A stretch of 59,702 nucleotides of DNA from an uncultured Chloroflexia bacterium (GCA_963751345.1 CAVVUS010000025.1:1-59702); one strand, 5' to 3'. Shown: positions 1-11,138, counted from the first letter of the stretch. Numbers and translations: made by a program. The notes: generated from the letters alone by a model not told the origin.

Positions 1-2221
1 ACCTGGCGTGCCGGACGGTAAGCGTCCCGGCGACCGTCTCGGCGCCGTCGTTGACTACCCACGCGGCAATCGCATCGGGGGTGCGCTCGAACGAGATCAA
101 CACGGGTGCGTAGGCACGTCGCAGGAAGTAGTAAGGGATCTTGGGCTCGTTGTAGGCGTCGACCACGCTCCAATAGAGGATCGGCCAGGGGTCATTGAGG
201 CGCCAGATCATCGTGCCCCAGCACCGGCGGTTCACGCTCGTGCCGTTGGTCTCGTTTTCCTCGACCAGCCCCTCCTCGGCGGCCATCACCTCGCCGACAT
301 AAGCGATGGCGTCTCTCAAGTCCCGCTCGTCCTGCAGTGCAGTTTCATCTGCACGCAGAACCGTATCGGTGCACGAGCCGTCGGGCACGCCGCGCCGGTG
401 ACGCGCTACCCGGTCGAAGAGATACTCACCGTGGGCGGTGCCCAGCACGCGCACCAGATCCTCGGCGGACGCGGGGTCACAGTACGTCTCAACCGCGCCG
501 ATCTTGTCCCACGAGCCATCGACAGAGCGGTACTGCCACATCGGCGGCCAGGCCGGCTTACCGGGGACGCGTATGCGCGGATCGTAGCCCTCCGGCCACA
601 GCTCGTCCTCGCTCATATAGCGGCGCATGCTGCCGACCGACGGCGCGCTGGCGCGGCCGATCTCGGTCGCAAAGAGCGGCACCGACGCCTGGGGCGAGAA
701 GGTCAGGGTCGTGTAATCGTGCCAGTCACCGGCGAGCGGCCAGTTGGGCACGGGCCCGCCGTGAGGTGAACTGGCATGAAAGAGCCGGTCGGGATCGAGC
801 TCGGCGCAGATGTGGGGCATGATCTCCCCAAAGAGCCTCTGCCCAAACACCGGCACAGTGCCGTACGTGAAGTCCCAGCCCATATGGTTCTCGTTCCCGC
901 CGCACCAGAGCAGCAGCGAGGCATGGTTGCGCAGCCGGCGGACCACGTCCTCAATCTCCGACCGGCACTCCGCGACGAATGCAGGGTCGTCATCGGGGTG
1001 CATACTGTAGCCGAACATGAAGTCCTGCCAGACCAGAATGCCCTGGCGATCGCACATCTCGTAGAACGGTTCAGGCGGCGCGAGGCCGCCACCCCACACG
1101 CGAAAGACGTTCATCTCGGCGTGGAGAGCAAGGTCGAAGAGCGAGGCGGCCTGCGCCCGATCCCAGCAATGGGTCATGCCCTGCAGCGGCGCCCAACACG
1201 CCCCGCGCAGGAAGATGCGCCGGCCGTTCACCTCAAATGCCAAGCGCTCCTCGCCGGTCTCGGGGTCGTCGAGCACCGGCGTGATCTTGCGGATGCCGAA
1301 AGACACCTCACGTCGATCGAGGGTGCCCTCAGAAGCGAGGGGGCCCTCAGGCCCAGCCAGCTCCACGGTCAGCGTATAGAGATCCGGCCTGCCGTGGGTC
1401 CAGGGCCACCAGAGCTGAGGGGCATCCACGTCGATCTCGAACGTCCGGGCGACGCCGTCCGCGGTGCCCCGCGCCACGACCGCACCCGAGGGACCGGCGA
1501 GCGACCAGCCAACCGAGGCCGCGACCGGAGACTCGGGATTGGCGCCCTCCACCGCGAGCCTGACGTGGACTTTGGCCTGCCCCAGGTCATCGGAGAGCAA
1601 CGGACGTACCCAGACGTCGTCCAGCCAGGCGCCATCCGGCACGTCGACGATCACGTCGTCAAAGATGCCCACCTTCGCCGAATGCGGGCGGGCGCCAAGG
1701 TAGGAGGTGAAATCACTCTTGCACTTGCGGAGGTGGTGGTGTGCCGCAATGCCCACGGCAGGTTCGGCCGCGTTGACAAAGCGCAGCGGGGACGCAAAGA
1801 CGATGAGCAGCACGTTGTCCTCGCCGGGCGGCGAGAGCGCGGCCCGCACCTCCACCGCATAGTGGCGATGCATGTTCGCGAAGCTGCCTACCTCAACATC
1901 GTTGACGTAGACCGTCGCCAAGGTATCGAGCCCCTTGAATCGGAGCATAACCGGCCCGACGCCCGCCGGGGAGGTGAACACACATCCGTAGGCCCAATCT
2001 TTCTCCCCAACCCAGGCGCTCTCCGCGGCGTTCTTGCCGATACGCGGGTCGGGAATCCGCCCGTGGGCCAGCAGCACGTCGTGCACCTGCGCGGGCATCG
2101 TCGCCGGCAGCCAGTCATCGCCGGGCGCCCGTACCTGGGCCGAAAGCGCCGCAACGTCGGGGTCGGGCCCATCCAGCTGCTTGATCCACCAGCCGTCACT
2201 GAGACTCGTGGTCTCTCGCAT
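1..2221 (-). CDS. GH2 beta-mannosidase-like glycoside hydrolase, 3' end runs off the window
   Basis: Not in the ORF track because it has no stop in the window. Manual translation from ATG 2221 (RBS GAAGGAGG) gives MRETTSLSDGWWIKQ...PATMPAQVHDVLL...GLDTLA...MNVFRVWGGG...WQDFMF...RLRNHASLLLWCGGNE, which are GH2 beta-mannosidase motifs. The long + strand shadow ORFs lie in the same register. Confidence 0.9.
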   Translation of the reverse strand, partial: MRETTSLSDGWWIKQLDGPDPDVAALSAQVRAPGDDWLPATMPAQVHDVLLAHGRIPDPRIGKNAAESAWVGEKDWAYGCVFTSPAGVGPVMLRFKGLDTLATVYVNDVEVGSFANMHRHYAVEVRAALSPPGEDNVLLIVFASPLRFVNAAEPAVGIAAHHHLRKCKSDFTSYLGARPHSAKVGIFDDVIVDVPDGAWLDDVWVRPLLSDDLGQAKVHVRLAVEGANPESPVAASVGWSLAGPSGAVVARGTADGVARTFEIDVDAPQLWWPWTHGRPDLYTLTVELAGPEGPLASEGTLDRREVSFGIRKITPVLDDPETGEERLAFEVNGRRIFLRGACWAPLQGMTHCWDRAQAASLFDLALHAEMNVFRVWGGGLAPPEPFYEMCDRQGILVWQDFMFGYSMHPDDDPAFVAECRSEIEDVVRRLRNHASLLLWCGGNENHMGWDFTYGTVPVFGQRLFGEIMPHICAELDPDRLFHASSPHGGPVPNWPLAGDWHDYTTLTFSPQASVPLFATEIGRASAPSVGSMRRYMSEDELWPEGYDPRIRVPGKPAWPPMWQYRSVDGSWDKIGAVETYCDPASAEDLVRVLGTAHGEYLFDRVARHRRGVPDGSCTDTVLRADETALQDERDLRDAIAYVGEVMAAEEGLVEENETNGTSVNRRCWGTMIWRLNDPWPILYWSVVDAYNEPKIPYYFLRRAYAPVLISFERTPDAIAAWVVNDGAETVAGTLTVRHAR

Positions 2222-2253
2222 ACAGCCTCCTTCAACGCAGTCGGCGAACCGCT

Positions 2254-2769
2254 CTATGGGTTATGAGCGGAACTCAACGGCTTCTTCACCTGCGTGGTGG
2301 TAGCTCCCACCGGCACCACGCTGATCGAGCCATCGATCTCCAAGACCGCCGCCTCGACCTCGCCGACCTCGGCAACGCCATGTTCGCGAAGCGCTGTCAG
2401 CAGGGTTTCCTGGTCAATGCCTTCCCGGCGCATGTGCTGGGGGATGACTTTGCCGTGCAGTACCAACAGGGTCGGCGTGCCCTCGACCCAACGGCTCAGG
2501 CGCGGCAAGCGCAGTCGCAGGCGGCCAATCGCAGTATCCACAAGCAGCAGCACCAGAGCGGCCAAGATGCCGCCGGTGAGGCTGGTGTCCGGGCCGAGCA
2601 TAGCATTCTGCACCGCGTTGGCGATCAGGAGCAGCAACACCAGGTCGAACACCGTTGCTTGCCCGATCTCCCGCTTGCCTGAGAGCCGCAAGCCGACCAG
2701 GACAATCAGATACACCACCAACGTGCGCGCTATGATCCCAAGCGCAGAGCTCAGGCTAAGGCTGAACAT
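2254..2769 (-). CDS. DUF421/YetF-family membrane protein
   Basis: RLSGKREIGQATVFDLVLLLLIANAVQNAM...EGTPTLLV...LREHG...LEIDGSISV; start taken at MFSLSLSS. Confidence 0.88.
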   Translation of the reverse strand: MFSLSLSSALGIIARTLVVYLIVLVGLRLSGKREIGQATVFDLVLLLLIANAVQNAMLGPDTSLTGGILAALVLLLVDTAIGRLRLRLPRLSRWVEGTPTLLVLHGKVIPQHMRREGIDQETLLTALREHGVAEVGEVEAAVLEIDGSISVVPVGATTTQVKKPLSSAHNP

Positions 2770-2779
2770 CGTGGTTCCT

Positions 2780-3707
2780 CTACCGGAGTTGGCCCCCCAG
2801 CGCAGGCGGCTTTGGAGAGCGCGCCAGGCCCGACATCTCATCATCGGTGCGGTAGATGTGGGCCGTCATCCGGGGCAACTCGGCCATGTCGAAGGCAGGC
2901 TCAAAGGACGAGACCAGGGCCACGTTCTTGGCCACCTCGTCGGGCCAGCGCATGCCGACGTTGGCCACGTGGACCCGGCTGTCAGAGAGCACGAACTTGA
3001 GGCAGACCTCGTAGAGGTCGCGCGCCTCCTGCCACTCGGGCGCGAGGTAGCTTGCCATCCGCTGGAAGATGCCCGAGGTCATCGGTCGCATCACGGAGAC
3101 GCCCATGTCCGCCTCGCGCGCCTGGTTCAGGACGTGGAGCGCCGCCGCCTGGTAGATCACGTTGTAGCGCACCTGCATCACGTCGAAGGCGCCCGACGCG
3201 ATCAGTGGTCGCGCCGTCCACGGCTCCTCGACGGTGAAGCCCAAGTAGCGGGCCTTGCCCTCGTCGCGCAGCGTCACCAACGCGTCCAACGGCCCTTCTT
3301 CGAGGATGTGACGGACCTCATTGGAGGTGTACATGCCGCCGTGGAACTGGATCACGTCCATGGCATCTGTGCGGAGGCGACGGAGCGACGCCTCGACACT
3401 CTGCGCGGACATCGGCGGCGGTGCCGTGATAGCCCACCTTGGTGGCGAGGACGACCTCGTCGCGCCGACCGGCCAGCGCCTCGCCGATGATGGACTCGCT
3501 GTTGCCGTCGCCGTAGCCCGGCGCGGTGTCGACCAGCGTAATCCCGGCATCGAGCGCCGCGTGGATCGTCTCGATGGCCTGTGCGCGGCCCTCGGATGAG
3601 AAGGGGTCCCAGCCACGCGCCAGGTTCACCCCGCCAAAGGGATATCCCCCCAATGCCAAACGGGTCACTTCAAGACCGGTCTTGCCGAAGCGTACCTTAG
3701 GAATCAT
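2780..3707 (-). CDS. Aldo/keto reductase (frameshift near 3415)
   Basis: [15 protein letters not shown]...[12 protein letters not shown]...LATKVG continues in another frame as [20 protein letters not shown]...EGKARYLG. Confidence 0.88.
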
Positions 3708-3732
3708 AGAAAACTCCTGGGAAGAACAGATA

Positions 3733-3776
3733 AGCTGAGAGCTGACAGCTAATGGCTGTCAGCGTAACAGCTATCA
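3733..3776. repeat. Palindromic heptamer tandem array (AGCTGAN type)
   Basis: AGCTGAG AGCTGAC AGCTAAT GGCTGTC AGCGTAAC AGCTATC; GCTGACAGC and GCTGTCAGC form an inverted pair. Confidence 0.75.
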
Positions 3777-3788
3777 ACGATTTGGGAT

Positions 3789-4403
3789 CTATCCGGGCAG
3801 ATTCAGGATCAGGTTGTCATGGCCCGGGATCACGAGCGCAGCGTCGCGCTTGATGCGGCGGATGGTCTCCGCCGCCAGATCGAAATCGACCGAATTGTGG
3901 TACCCCTCCTCGGCATGGAAGTGCTCGCGGGTCATGACGGCGTCGCCGGCAACGATGAGGTCGCCCCACTTTGTGGGCATCTTCAGCGCGTGAAGCGCCA
4001 GCGTGTGACCGGGCGCGGGATAGAGCGCGACGCCCTCGGGCAGCCCCGCCTCGGCGGGCTGGAAGCGGTCGCTGAGATGCCGGTACTCCGGCGCCCGCTC
4101 GCGCCACTCGGCGATCCCCACCTCTGCCATCAGCCAGGCCGCGTGCTCGAAGAGCCGCAGGCCGAAGAGGTGATCGCCGTGCCAGTGGGTCACATAGACC
4201 ATGTCAATCGCCTCGGGACGCAGCCCGGCACGGTTGTAAAGCAGGGCCTCCAGCGGCTCGCGGCGCGGTGAGGGGTCGACGAGGATCCGGTGTCCGCCCA
4301 CCTCCAGCAGCGTGCACGTGGCGCTGATATCCTCGCGCATCCGCGCGGTCTCACCCCAGAACTTGTTTTGGCTCAATACGCCGATGTTGATGATTCTGAA
4401 CAT
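3789..4403 (-). CDS. Metallo-beta-lactamase-fold hydrolase
   Basis: THWHGDH, PGHT, VAGDA and IPGHD motifs; start MFRIINIG with RBS AAAGGAG. Confidence 0.88.
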   Translation of the reverse strand: MFRIINIGVLSQNKFWGETARMREDISATCTLLEVGGHRILVDPSPRREPLEALLYNRAGLRPEAIDMVYVTHWHGDHLFGLRLFEHAAWLMAEVGIAEWRERAPEYRHLSDRFQPAEAGLPEGVALYPAPGHTLALHALKMPTKWGDLIVAGDAVMTREHFHAEEGYHNSVDFDLAAETIRRIKRDAALVIPGHDNLILNLPG

Positions 4404-4492
4404 CGAGGGCTCCTTTCGAGTGTCGGCTATGGCCCTACTGTAGACCCCAAGGCGATAAGCGACAAGTCGAGGCCCCGCCGGACGCGCACGGC

Positions 4493-4520
4493 TTGACACG
4501 GTCGATGCATGTGCTAGTAT
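4493..4520 (+). promoter_or_regulatory. sigma70-type promoter of the sulfatase operon
   Basis: TTGACA-16 bp-TAGTAT with an extended -10 TG. Confidence 0.6.
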
Positions 4521-4569
4521 GGAATCGATTCCACACCCCAAGAGTCGCCACCAGTGAAGGAGTGATCCT

Positions 4570-5979
4570 ATGGCGCCGGATCCACGGCCCAATATCCTGT
4601 TCATCATGACCGACGACCACGCGTCGCACGCAATGAGCTGCTACGGCAGCCGCATCAACGTCACGCCGAATCTCGACCGCATCGCCGACGAGGGAATGCG
4701 CTTCGACAACTGCTTCTGCACCAACTCCATCTGCACCCCCAGCCGCGCGGTGATTCTCACGGGCACGTACAGCCACGTGAATGGGGTCACGACGCTGGAC
4801 TCGAAGATAGACGGGCGACAGCAGAATGTCGCCAAGCTGCTGCAAGGCAGCGGGTACCAGACCGCGATGATCGGCAAGTGGCATCTGGGGCATGGCGGGA
4901 ATCACGACCCCACCGGGTTCGACTACTGGATCGTGCTGCCGGGGCAGGGCTTGTACCACGATCCGGTGATGGATGAGATGGGGACCAGGCGCGTGATCCC
5001 GGGCTATGCCACCGACCTGATCACCGACATCTCGCTCGACTGGCTGCGAAATCGCGACCCGGAGCGGCCCTTCTTCCTGATGTGCCACCACAAGGCACCG
5101 CACCGGCCCTGGGAACCTGACGAGAAACACGCGCACCTCTACGACGACGTGGATATTCCGGAGCCGGAGACGTTCAATGACGACTACAGCAACCGCGCCG
5201 CGGCGGCTGCTGCCGCGACCATGCGCATCGACCGCGACCTGAACGCCGAGGATCTGAAACAGCCTGTGCCCGAGGGGCTGACGCCCGCAGAGGAGAAACA
5301 CTGGAAATACGAGCGCTACATCAAGGATTACTTGCGCTGCGTCGCCTCGATCGACGACAACGTGGGGCGGCTGCTGGACTACCTGGATGAGGCCGGGTTG
5401 ACCGAGAACACTATCATCATCTACACATCGGACCAGGGCTTCTTCCTGGGCGACCACGGGTGGTACGACAAGCGCTTCATGTACGAGGAATCGCTGCGGA
5501 TGCCCTTCATCATCCGCTACCCACGCGAAATTGCGCCCGGAACCGTCAACACCGACATGATTCTCAACGTGGATTTCCCGGTGACCTTCCTGGACTATGC
5601 CGGCGTGCCGGCGCCGGAGGCGATGCAGGGAACGAGTTTCCGTCCGCTCCTGAATGGTGTCACACCAGAGGCATGGCAGACATCCATGTACTACCGCTAT
5701 TGGATGCACCTGGCGCATCACAACGTCTATGCCCATTACGGCGTGCGCACGTTGCGCTACAAGCTCATCTACTACTATGCGGATGCGCTGGGGCAGCCGG
5801 GGGCCATCGACGATCCCAGGCCGCCGGAGTGGGAGCTCTTCGACCTGGAGAGCGATCCCCACGAGTTGCACAATGTCTACCACGATCCGGCCTACGCGGA
5901 CGTTGTTCGCGAGCTGACGGAAGAGCTGTCCCGTCTGCAGGCCAAAGTCGGCGACCAGCCCTATCAGGCAGAGATCTGA
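4570..5979 (+). CDS. Formylglycine-dependent sulfatase (family S1), cytoplasmic
   Basis: [48 protein letters not shown]; no signal peptide. Confidence 0.95.
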   Translation: MAPDPRPNILFIMTDDHASHAMSCYGSRINVTPNLDRIADEGMRFDNCFCTNSICTPSRAVILTGTYSHVNGVTTLDSKIDGRQQNVAKLLQGSGYQTAMIGKWHLGHGGNHDPTGFDYWIVLPGQGLYHDPVMDEMGTRRVIPGYATDLITDISLDWLRNRDPERPFFLMCHHKAPHRPWEPDEKHAHLYDDVDIPEPETFNDDYSNRAAAAAAATMRIDRDLNAEDLKQPVPEGLTPAEEKHWKYERYIKDYLRCVASIDDNVGRLLDYLDEAGLTENTIIIYTSDQGFFLGDHGWYDKRFMYEESLRMPFIIRYPREIAPGTVNTDMILNVDFPVTFLDYAGVPAPEAMQGTSFRPLLNGVTPEAWQTSMYYRYWMHLAHHNVYAHYGVRTLRYKLIYYYADALGQPGAIDDPRPPEWELFDLESDPHELHNVYHDPAYADVVRELTEELSRLQAKVGDQPYQAEI

Positions 5980-5988
5980 GGTAAAGCG

Positions 5989-7164
5989 ATGAAGATCACG
6001 GACGTTGAGGTCCTGCGCATGCAGGCGCACACGGAGCCGCACAACAACTGGCTGTTCGTCCGTGTCCATACCGACAGCGGGATCACCGGCATCGGCGAGG
6101 GGAGTCTGCAGTACAAGGACGCGGCCCTGGCTGCCGAACTGGAGAACTTCGGCACCTATCTGCGCGGGAAGGACCCTTTCCAGATCGAGCACATCTGGAC
6201 CTCGCTGCACCGGCGCGTCACCTGGACGGGCGGCGCGGTCACCATGAGTGCCATCAGCGCGATCGATCTCGCGCTGTGGGATATCAAGGGCAAGGCGCTG
6301 GGCGTGCCGGTCTATGAGCTCGTTGGTGGGAAAGTACGAGATCGGGTGCCGCTCTATGCCAACGGCTGGTTCACCGGCGGGCGCCCGTCGGCGCACGGTC
6401 CGCAGGGGACGGGTAACGCAGAGGAAGCGTCGTGGTACGCTGAACAGGCCAAGGCCGTGGTGTCCCAAGGCTACCGGTGCCTGAAGGTCTACCCCTTCAA
6501 CGGCGTGCAGGTCATCACGCCGGAGCGCATTGCGCGGGGGGTCGGCATCGTGCGGGCCATCCGCGACGCGGTGGGACCGACGATCGACATCGCCGTGGAC
6601 GTTAGGCGACGACTGAATATGTGGAGTGCCCGGCGGATCGCCCAGAAGCTCGAATCGCTGGATATTGCGTGGCTCGAAGAGCCGATATTGTTCGACAACA
6701 CCGCTGCGGCGGCGGCCTTCGCGCGGTCGGTCCGCGTCCCTGTGTCCACGGGGGAGGAGCAGTACACGCGGTGGGAATTCCGGGAGCTGCTGGAGCAAAA
6801 CGCCGTCGGCATCATCCAGCCGGATATCTGCCACGCGGGCGGGATGTCGGAGCTACGCAAGATCGCCGCAATGGCTGAGACCTACTACGTCACCCTCGCG
6901 CCGCACAACTCGAACGGCCCCATCTCCACGGTCGCCAGCCTGCACCTCGACATGAGCATCAACAACTGCCACATGCAGGAGCTGTTCCTCAACTCACTGA
7001 ACCTCTACCAGGAGGTCCTAACCCATCCACTCGTCATCGAGAATGGCTATGGCGCCCCCCCTGAAGGACCCGGTTGGGGTACTGACATCGATGACGCAGT
7101 GCTGACAGCGCACCCACCGTCCGAGTTCACACCTGTCGATTCCGAGCCCTACCTGGACTTCTGA
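5989..7164 (+). CDS. Enolase-superfamily acid-sugar dehydratase (mandelate racemase/galactonate dehydratase-like)
   Basis: SAIDLALWDIKGKALGVPVYELVGG, WLEEP, TGEE, QPDICHAGG, PHNSNGP. Confidence 0.9.
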   Translation: MKITDVEVLRMQAHTEPHNNWLFVRVHTDSGITGIGEGSLQYKDAALAAELENFGTYLRGKDPFQIEHIWTSLHRRVTWTGGAVTMSAISAIDLALWDIKGKALGVPVYELVGGKVRDRVPLYANGWFTGGRPSAHGPQGTGNAEEASWYAEQAKAVVSQGYRCLKVYPFNGVQVITPERIARGVGIVRAIRDAVGPTIDIAVDVRRRLNMWSARRIAQKLESLDIAWLEEPILFDNTAAAAAFARSVRVPVSTGEEQYTRWEFRELLEQNAVGIIQPDICHAGGMSELRKIAAMAETYYVTLAPHNSNGPISTVASLHLDMSINNCHMQELFLNSLNLYQEVLTHPLVIENGYGAPPEGPGWGTDIDDAVLTAHPPSEFTPVDSEPYLDF

Positions 7165-7284
7165 CACGGCAGAAAGCGATTTGCCCATGCCCGCTCAGGG
7201 CAGATAGAAGCCTCGAGCGGGTGCCGTGTTCTTCGGCAATGCGAACTACGTTTCACTCAGTCTTGGGAAAAGAGCGGAGAAACC

Positions 7285-8332
7285 ATGACAGAACGGAAGA
7301 AGCTCAGTGCGGCATCGAAGCGAGCACTTGCCTACACCCGCGGGCCGGAATGGTTCTGTGAGTTCCGCGTACGCGGAACTCCAAGGTGACTTCGCCTATG
7401 AGGAAGGCGTCATCCGCCGCGATCCCAGCGCGGTGATCAAGATCGATGACCTCTTCCACACCTGGTATACGAAGGGGAAGGGTGAGACATACGGCTTCGG
7501 CACCGGAGATCCCTCCAAGAAGGTGTTCCCCTGGGACCTGACCGAGGTTTGGCACGCGACCTCAGAGGATGGCTGGACCTGGACCGAGCAGGGATTGGCG
7601 GTCGGCAGAGGGCCTGCCGGTGCGTATGACGACCGGGCGGTCTTTACCCCCGAGATCTTCGTGCACGACGACAAGTACTATCTGGTCTACCAGGTGGTGA
7701 AAGCGCCCTACGTGGTGCGCGTGAAGAACGCCGTGGGGATGGCGGTTGCCGACTCCCCCTCTGGGCCGTGGCGCAAACTGCCGGAACCTATCCTGCGTGC
7801 GGCAGACAACGGCGAATGGTTGGGCGACGCAGGACGATCGCTTCAAGGTCATCTCCAAGGGTGACTTCGACAGCCACAAGGTGCACGACCCGTGTCTCAT
7901 GCATTACCGGGGGAAGTTCTACCTCTACTACAAGGGCGAGCGAGATGGGCGAGGAGATGACGTTCGGCGGGCGCGAAATCGCCTGGGGTGTGGCCATTGC
8001 CGACCAACCGGAGGGGCCTTATGTGAAGTCGGACATATAATCCGGTGACCAACAGCGGGCACGAGGTCTGCGTCTGGCCCTACAGGGGCGGCGTTGCGGC
8101 CCTGCTGACCACCGACGGGCCCGAGAAGAACACTATTCAGTACGCACCGGATGGGATCAACTTCGAGATTGTGGCGGTGCTTAAGGGCGCGCCGGAGGCG
8201 TTGGGGCTGTACCGATCTGAGAACCCGGACGCGGATCCGCTTGAGGGTATTCGGTGGGGACTGTGCCACGTCTACAAGGACGGCTGGCAGGCCATCCGGC
8301 GGTTCGAGACGTTCTACCCCAGAGCGAGATAG
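7285..8332 (+). CDS. GH117 alpha-1,3-(3,6-anhydro)-L-galactosidase / neoagarobiose hydrolase-like (about 4 frameshifts)
   Basis: Manual join: [14 protein letters not shown] (GH117 SxAxxR motif), [58 protein letters not shown]...IRRF. Frame switches near 7370, 7830, 7940 and 8040. Confidence 0.88.
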
Positions 8333-8339
8333 GTCTACG

Positions 8340-9263
8340 ATGCACCTCCCACCACAGTTTCTCGAAAAGGTCCCCCGCATCTTCGGCGACGAGGGGCGCG
8401 CGTGGCTCCCTCACCTTCCGGAGATCCTTGCCCGGTGCAGGGAGACCTGGGGGTTGGCTGAAGGTGTGCCTTGCGCGACGATGAGCATGAATTACATCGA
8501 GTTCACATCTACGGCGACCGGAGACCCTGTCGCACTCAAGGTCGGGGTGCCCCACGCCGAGCTCTTCACGGAGATGGAGGCGCTTGCCCTCTATGATGGG
8601 AGAGGGGCGGCACGTCTGCTGGCTGCGGACCACGACCTGGGCGCCATCCTGATGCAGCGCGCGGAGCCCGGTACGATGCTGTGGCAGGTCGGCGATAACC
8701 GCACGCAGACCGGGATCGCGGCCTCGGTGATGCGGGCGCTTCCCGTGCCGGTCCCGGAGACCCACGGCCTCCCGTACTTCTCCGGCTGGGTGATGCGGGC
8801 GTTCAGGCTGACGCGCACCGAGTGGGACCCGGAGGAGCGGATGCCGCGAGACCTGATCACGCGCGCGGAGGACGCCTTCGATGAGATCATCCGGGGCTCG
8901 GACGGGGACGTCGTCCTACACGGCGATCTGCACCACGAGAACATCCTCTGGGACGCGCGCGATGGCTGGCTGGCCATCGATCCCAAGGGTGTGATCGGCC
9001 CGCGGGCGCTGGAGGTGGGACGCTTCATACAGAATCAGCTACCCGAGAATGGGTCGCAGGCCACACGAGAGGCAATGGTGCTGGAACGGATCGAGATTCT
9101 CAGCGCCGAGTTGGGCTTGACGCGCCGAACGGTCACGGCGGGGGCCCTGGTGGATTGCATCCTCAGCCACTGCTGGGGCTTCGAGGACGAGGGTCCACTC
9201 GACTCGAACTGGTATCAGGGGATCGACCTGGGCCGCTTCCTCTGCCGGCTACTGGACGACTGA
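8340..9263 (+). CDS. Aminoglycoside/hydroxyurea phosphotransferase (APH(6)-like) family kinase
   Basis: GRAWL, ALKV, LHGDLHHENIL, WLAIDPKG. Confidence 0.85.
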   Translation: MHLPPQFLEKVPRIFGDEGRAWLPHLPEILARCRETWGLAEGVPCATMSMNYIEFTSTATGDPVALKVGVPHAELFTEMEALALYDGRGAARLLAADHDLGAILMQRAEPGTMLWQVGDNRTQTGIAASVMRALPVPVPETHGLPYFSGWVMRAFRLTRTEWDPEERMPRDLITRAEDAFDEIIRGSDGDVVLHGDLHHENILWDARDGWLAIDPKGVIGPRALEVGRFIQNQLPENGSQATREAMVLERIEILSAELGLTRRTVTAGALVDCILSHCWGFEDEGPLDSNWYQGIDLGRFLCRLLDD

Positions 9264-9377
9264 TTCACCGCCTTGCACGTCTCTGATCTTCCGGGAAGCT
9301 GTTCGCGCATATGCAGGGTCGAACCTGTGGTATACTCGGCCACTGAGCCTGCGAATGCACGAAAGGACTGCCAAGCT

Positions 9378-9866
9378 ATGGTTCCCTACCGCATCGTCGA
9401 GCGCCCCGCTTTCAGCATTGCAGGACGCAGCGTCTGGATCTCGGGACAGGACAACGCACAGTTCGGGCGTTTCTGGGGGCAGTGCAACGCCGACGGGACC
9501 TTCGACCGCTTTCAAGCCCTGACGGGCTTTGCGCCGGGCCCCCAAACCGGCGGCTCGACGCTGGGCGTTTCCCGCGTCGAGGCGGACCCGTCCAACCGGG
9601 CCTTCTTCTTCATGGTCGCCATCGAGGTGCCCGAGGACGCAGCGACCGGCGATCTGGAGCACTTGACCGTCCCGGCGTCTCGCTGGGCCGTTTTTGAGGC
9701 CCGCGGGCCCGTCCCCGATGCCCTCGTCGCCGCCGAGATGTACGCCTTTGGGGAGTGGTTGCCCGCCTCGGGCTACACCCATGCCCTCGCCCCCGAAATG
9801 GAAGTCTACCCGCCTACCCCGGACGGCGAGCCCCTCTGTGAGTTCTGGCTGCCCCTTGACCGATAA
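9378..9866 (+). CDS. GyrI-like small-molecule-binding protein
   Basis: YRIVERPAFSIAG...VPASRWAVF...EWLPASGY...PEMEVY...EFWLPL. Confidence 0.85.
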   Translation: MVPYRIVERPAFSIAGRSVWISGQDNAQFGRFWGQCNADGTFDRFQALTGFAPGPQTGGSTLGVSRVEADPSNRAFFFMVAIEVPEDAATGDLEHLTVPASRWAVFEARGPVPDALVAAEMYAFGEWLPASGYTHALAPEMEVYPPTPDGEPLCEFWLPLDR

Positions 9867-10828
9867 CCCGTCCTCCAGCCTCGCTCGTGGGTACGCCGCG
9901 GCACTGGGTGCAGCCGCAGTATTGTCGACGACGGCCATCTTCATCCGCCACCTGACGGTGACGTACCAGATCCCGGCGTTGGTGCTGGCCTTCTGGCGAG
10001 ATCTCTTCGTCGTGGCAACGCTGGTGCCGATCCTCGCGATCGCACGGCCTACGCTCCTGCGGGTGTCGCGGCCCGGTCTGCGCTATCTCGCGCTCTATGG
10101 GGTTGTGCTGGCTATGTTCAACGCCATGTGGACACTCTCGGTTGCCTACAACGGCGCGGCGGTGGCCACAGTGCTGGCTTACTGCTCGGCAGCGTTCACG
10201 GCACTGCTCGGATGGTGGCTGCTCAAAGAGCGACTCGACGTGGGGAAGATCGTGGCCGTTGTGCTGAGCCTCGGCGGGTGCGTATTGGTCGCAGGGGCCC
10301 TGGATCCCGCGGCCTGGCGTATGAACCCTCTGGGGATCGTCACGGGCGTGCTCTCGGGTCTTGGGTACGCCGGGTACAGCCTGATGGGACGTTCCGCATC
10401 TCAGCGCGGCCTGAGCCCGTGGACAACCGAAGTCTACGCCTTCGGCTTCGCCGGAATTCTGCTCCTGATCGCGAACATGGTGCCGTTGGGACTTGCCGGG
10501 AGGCGCCGTTCGGCCGGCAGACCTACTCTGGCTGGGGTCTAGCTTGCCCGGATGGGGCGTGCTCTTTCTGCTGGCAGCCGGGCCGACCGTCGCCGGGTTC
10601 GGGCTCTACAATGTGAGCCTGGTGCACCTTCCCTCTAGCGTCACCAACCTGATTGTGACGCTGGAACCCACCTTCACCGCCGTGACCGCCTATCTCCTCC
10701 TAGGCGAACGACTCACGCTCATCCAGGGCGCCGGCAGTCTGCTGATCCTGAGCGCCGTCGTCTTCCTCCGCCTCCATCAGGGCCACCTGGCACGCCAGGA
10801 GAAGAAGCTGCACCTCAAGGTCGCCTGA
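9856..10828 (+). CDS. EamA/DMT-family transporter (frameshift near 10495)
   Basis: About 10 hydrophobic helices, with LLKERL and LEPTFTAVTAYLLLGERL; probable TTG start. Confidence 0.88.
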
Positions 10829-10899
10829 CCCTCGCGACGTACCGGCAGGTTCATTCTAGCGCATCCGTCACCACGAACTCCGACCGCGGGCCTGGATGA

Positions 10900-10925
10900 G
10901 GGTCAGGGACAAGCCCTGCCCCTAC
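10900..10925. repeat. GTAG-type REP-like palindrome
   Basis: Reverse complement reads GTAGGGGCAGGGCTTGTCCCTGACCC. Confidence 0.55.
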
Positions 10926-11066
10926 CCAACGCATCCCGCGCCGCCTGCTCCCCTGGCCGTTTGTCCAGTCTTTCTGATCTTGGTCACCGTTGGGGAACAA
11001 TCACCGATCGGGTCACGTCGCCAAGCATGTGCAGACAAACGCAAGATAGGTCCGAGGAGGTGCGCG

Positions 11067-11138
11067 ATGAGAATCAGAACGATTGGCGTCGTGGTGTGCT
11101 TCATACTCCCGCTGTTAGCGGCTTGTTCTTTCTTGTGA
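11067..11138 (+). CDS. 23-aa ORF: lipoprotein signal peptide plus Cys-Ser-Phe-Leu
   Basis: RBS GAGGAGG; MRIRTIGVVVCFILPLLAACSFL*; lipobox LAAC. Confidence 0.5.
   Translation: MRIRTIGVVVCFILPLLAACSFL

Noticed and set aside
3789-4403. Beta-lactamase
   Set aside because: Generic MBL fold, no signal peptide, metabolic context.
8-6834. Long ORFs 8..769, 776..2266, 2294..3490 and 4435..6834
   Set aside because: Antisense shadows of real genes in GC-rich DNA, with no motifs. The same applies to most short Arg/Pro-rich ORFs in the track.
8340-9263. Acquired streptomycin resistance gene
   Set aside because: Only family-level APH(6)-like motifs, chromosomal context and no mobile element; substrate unknown.
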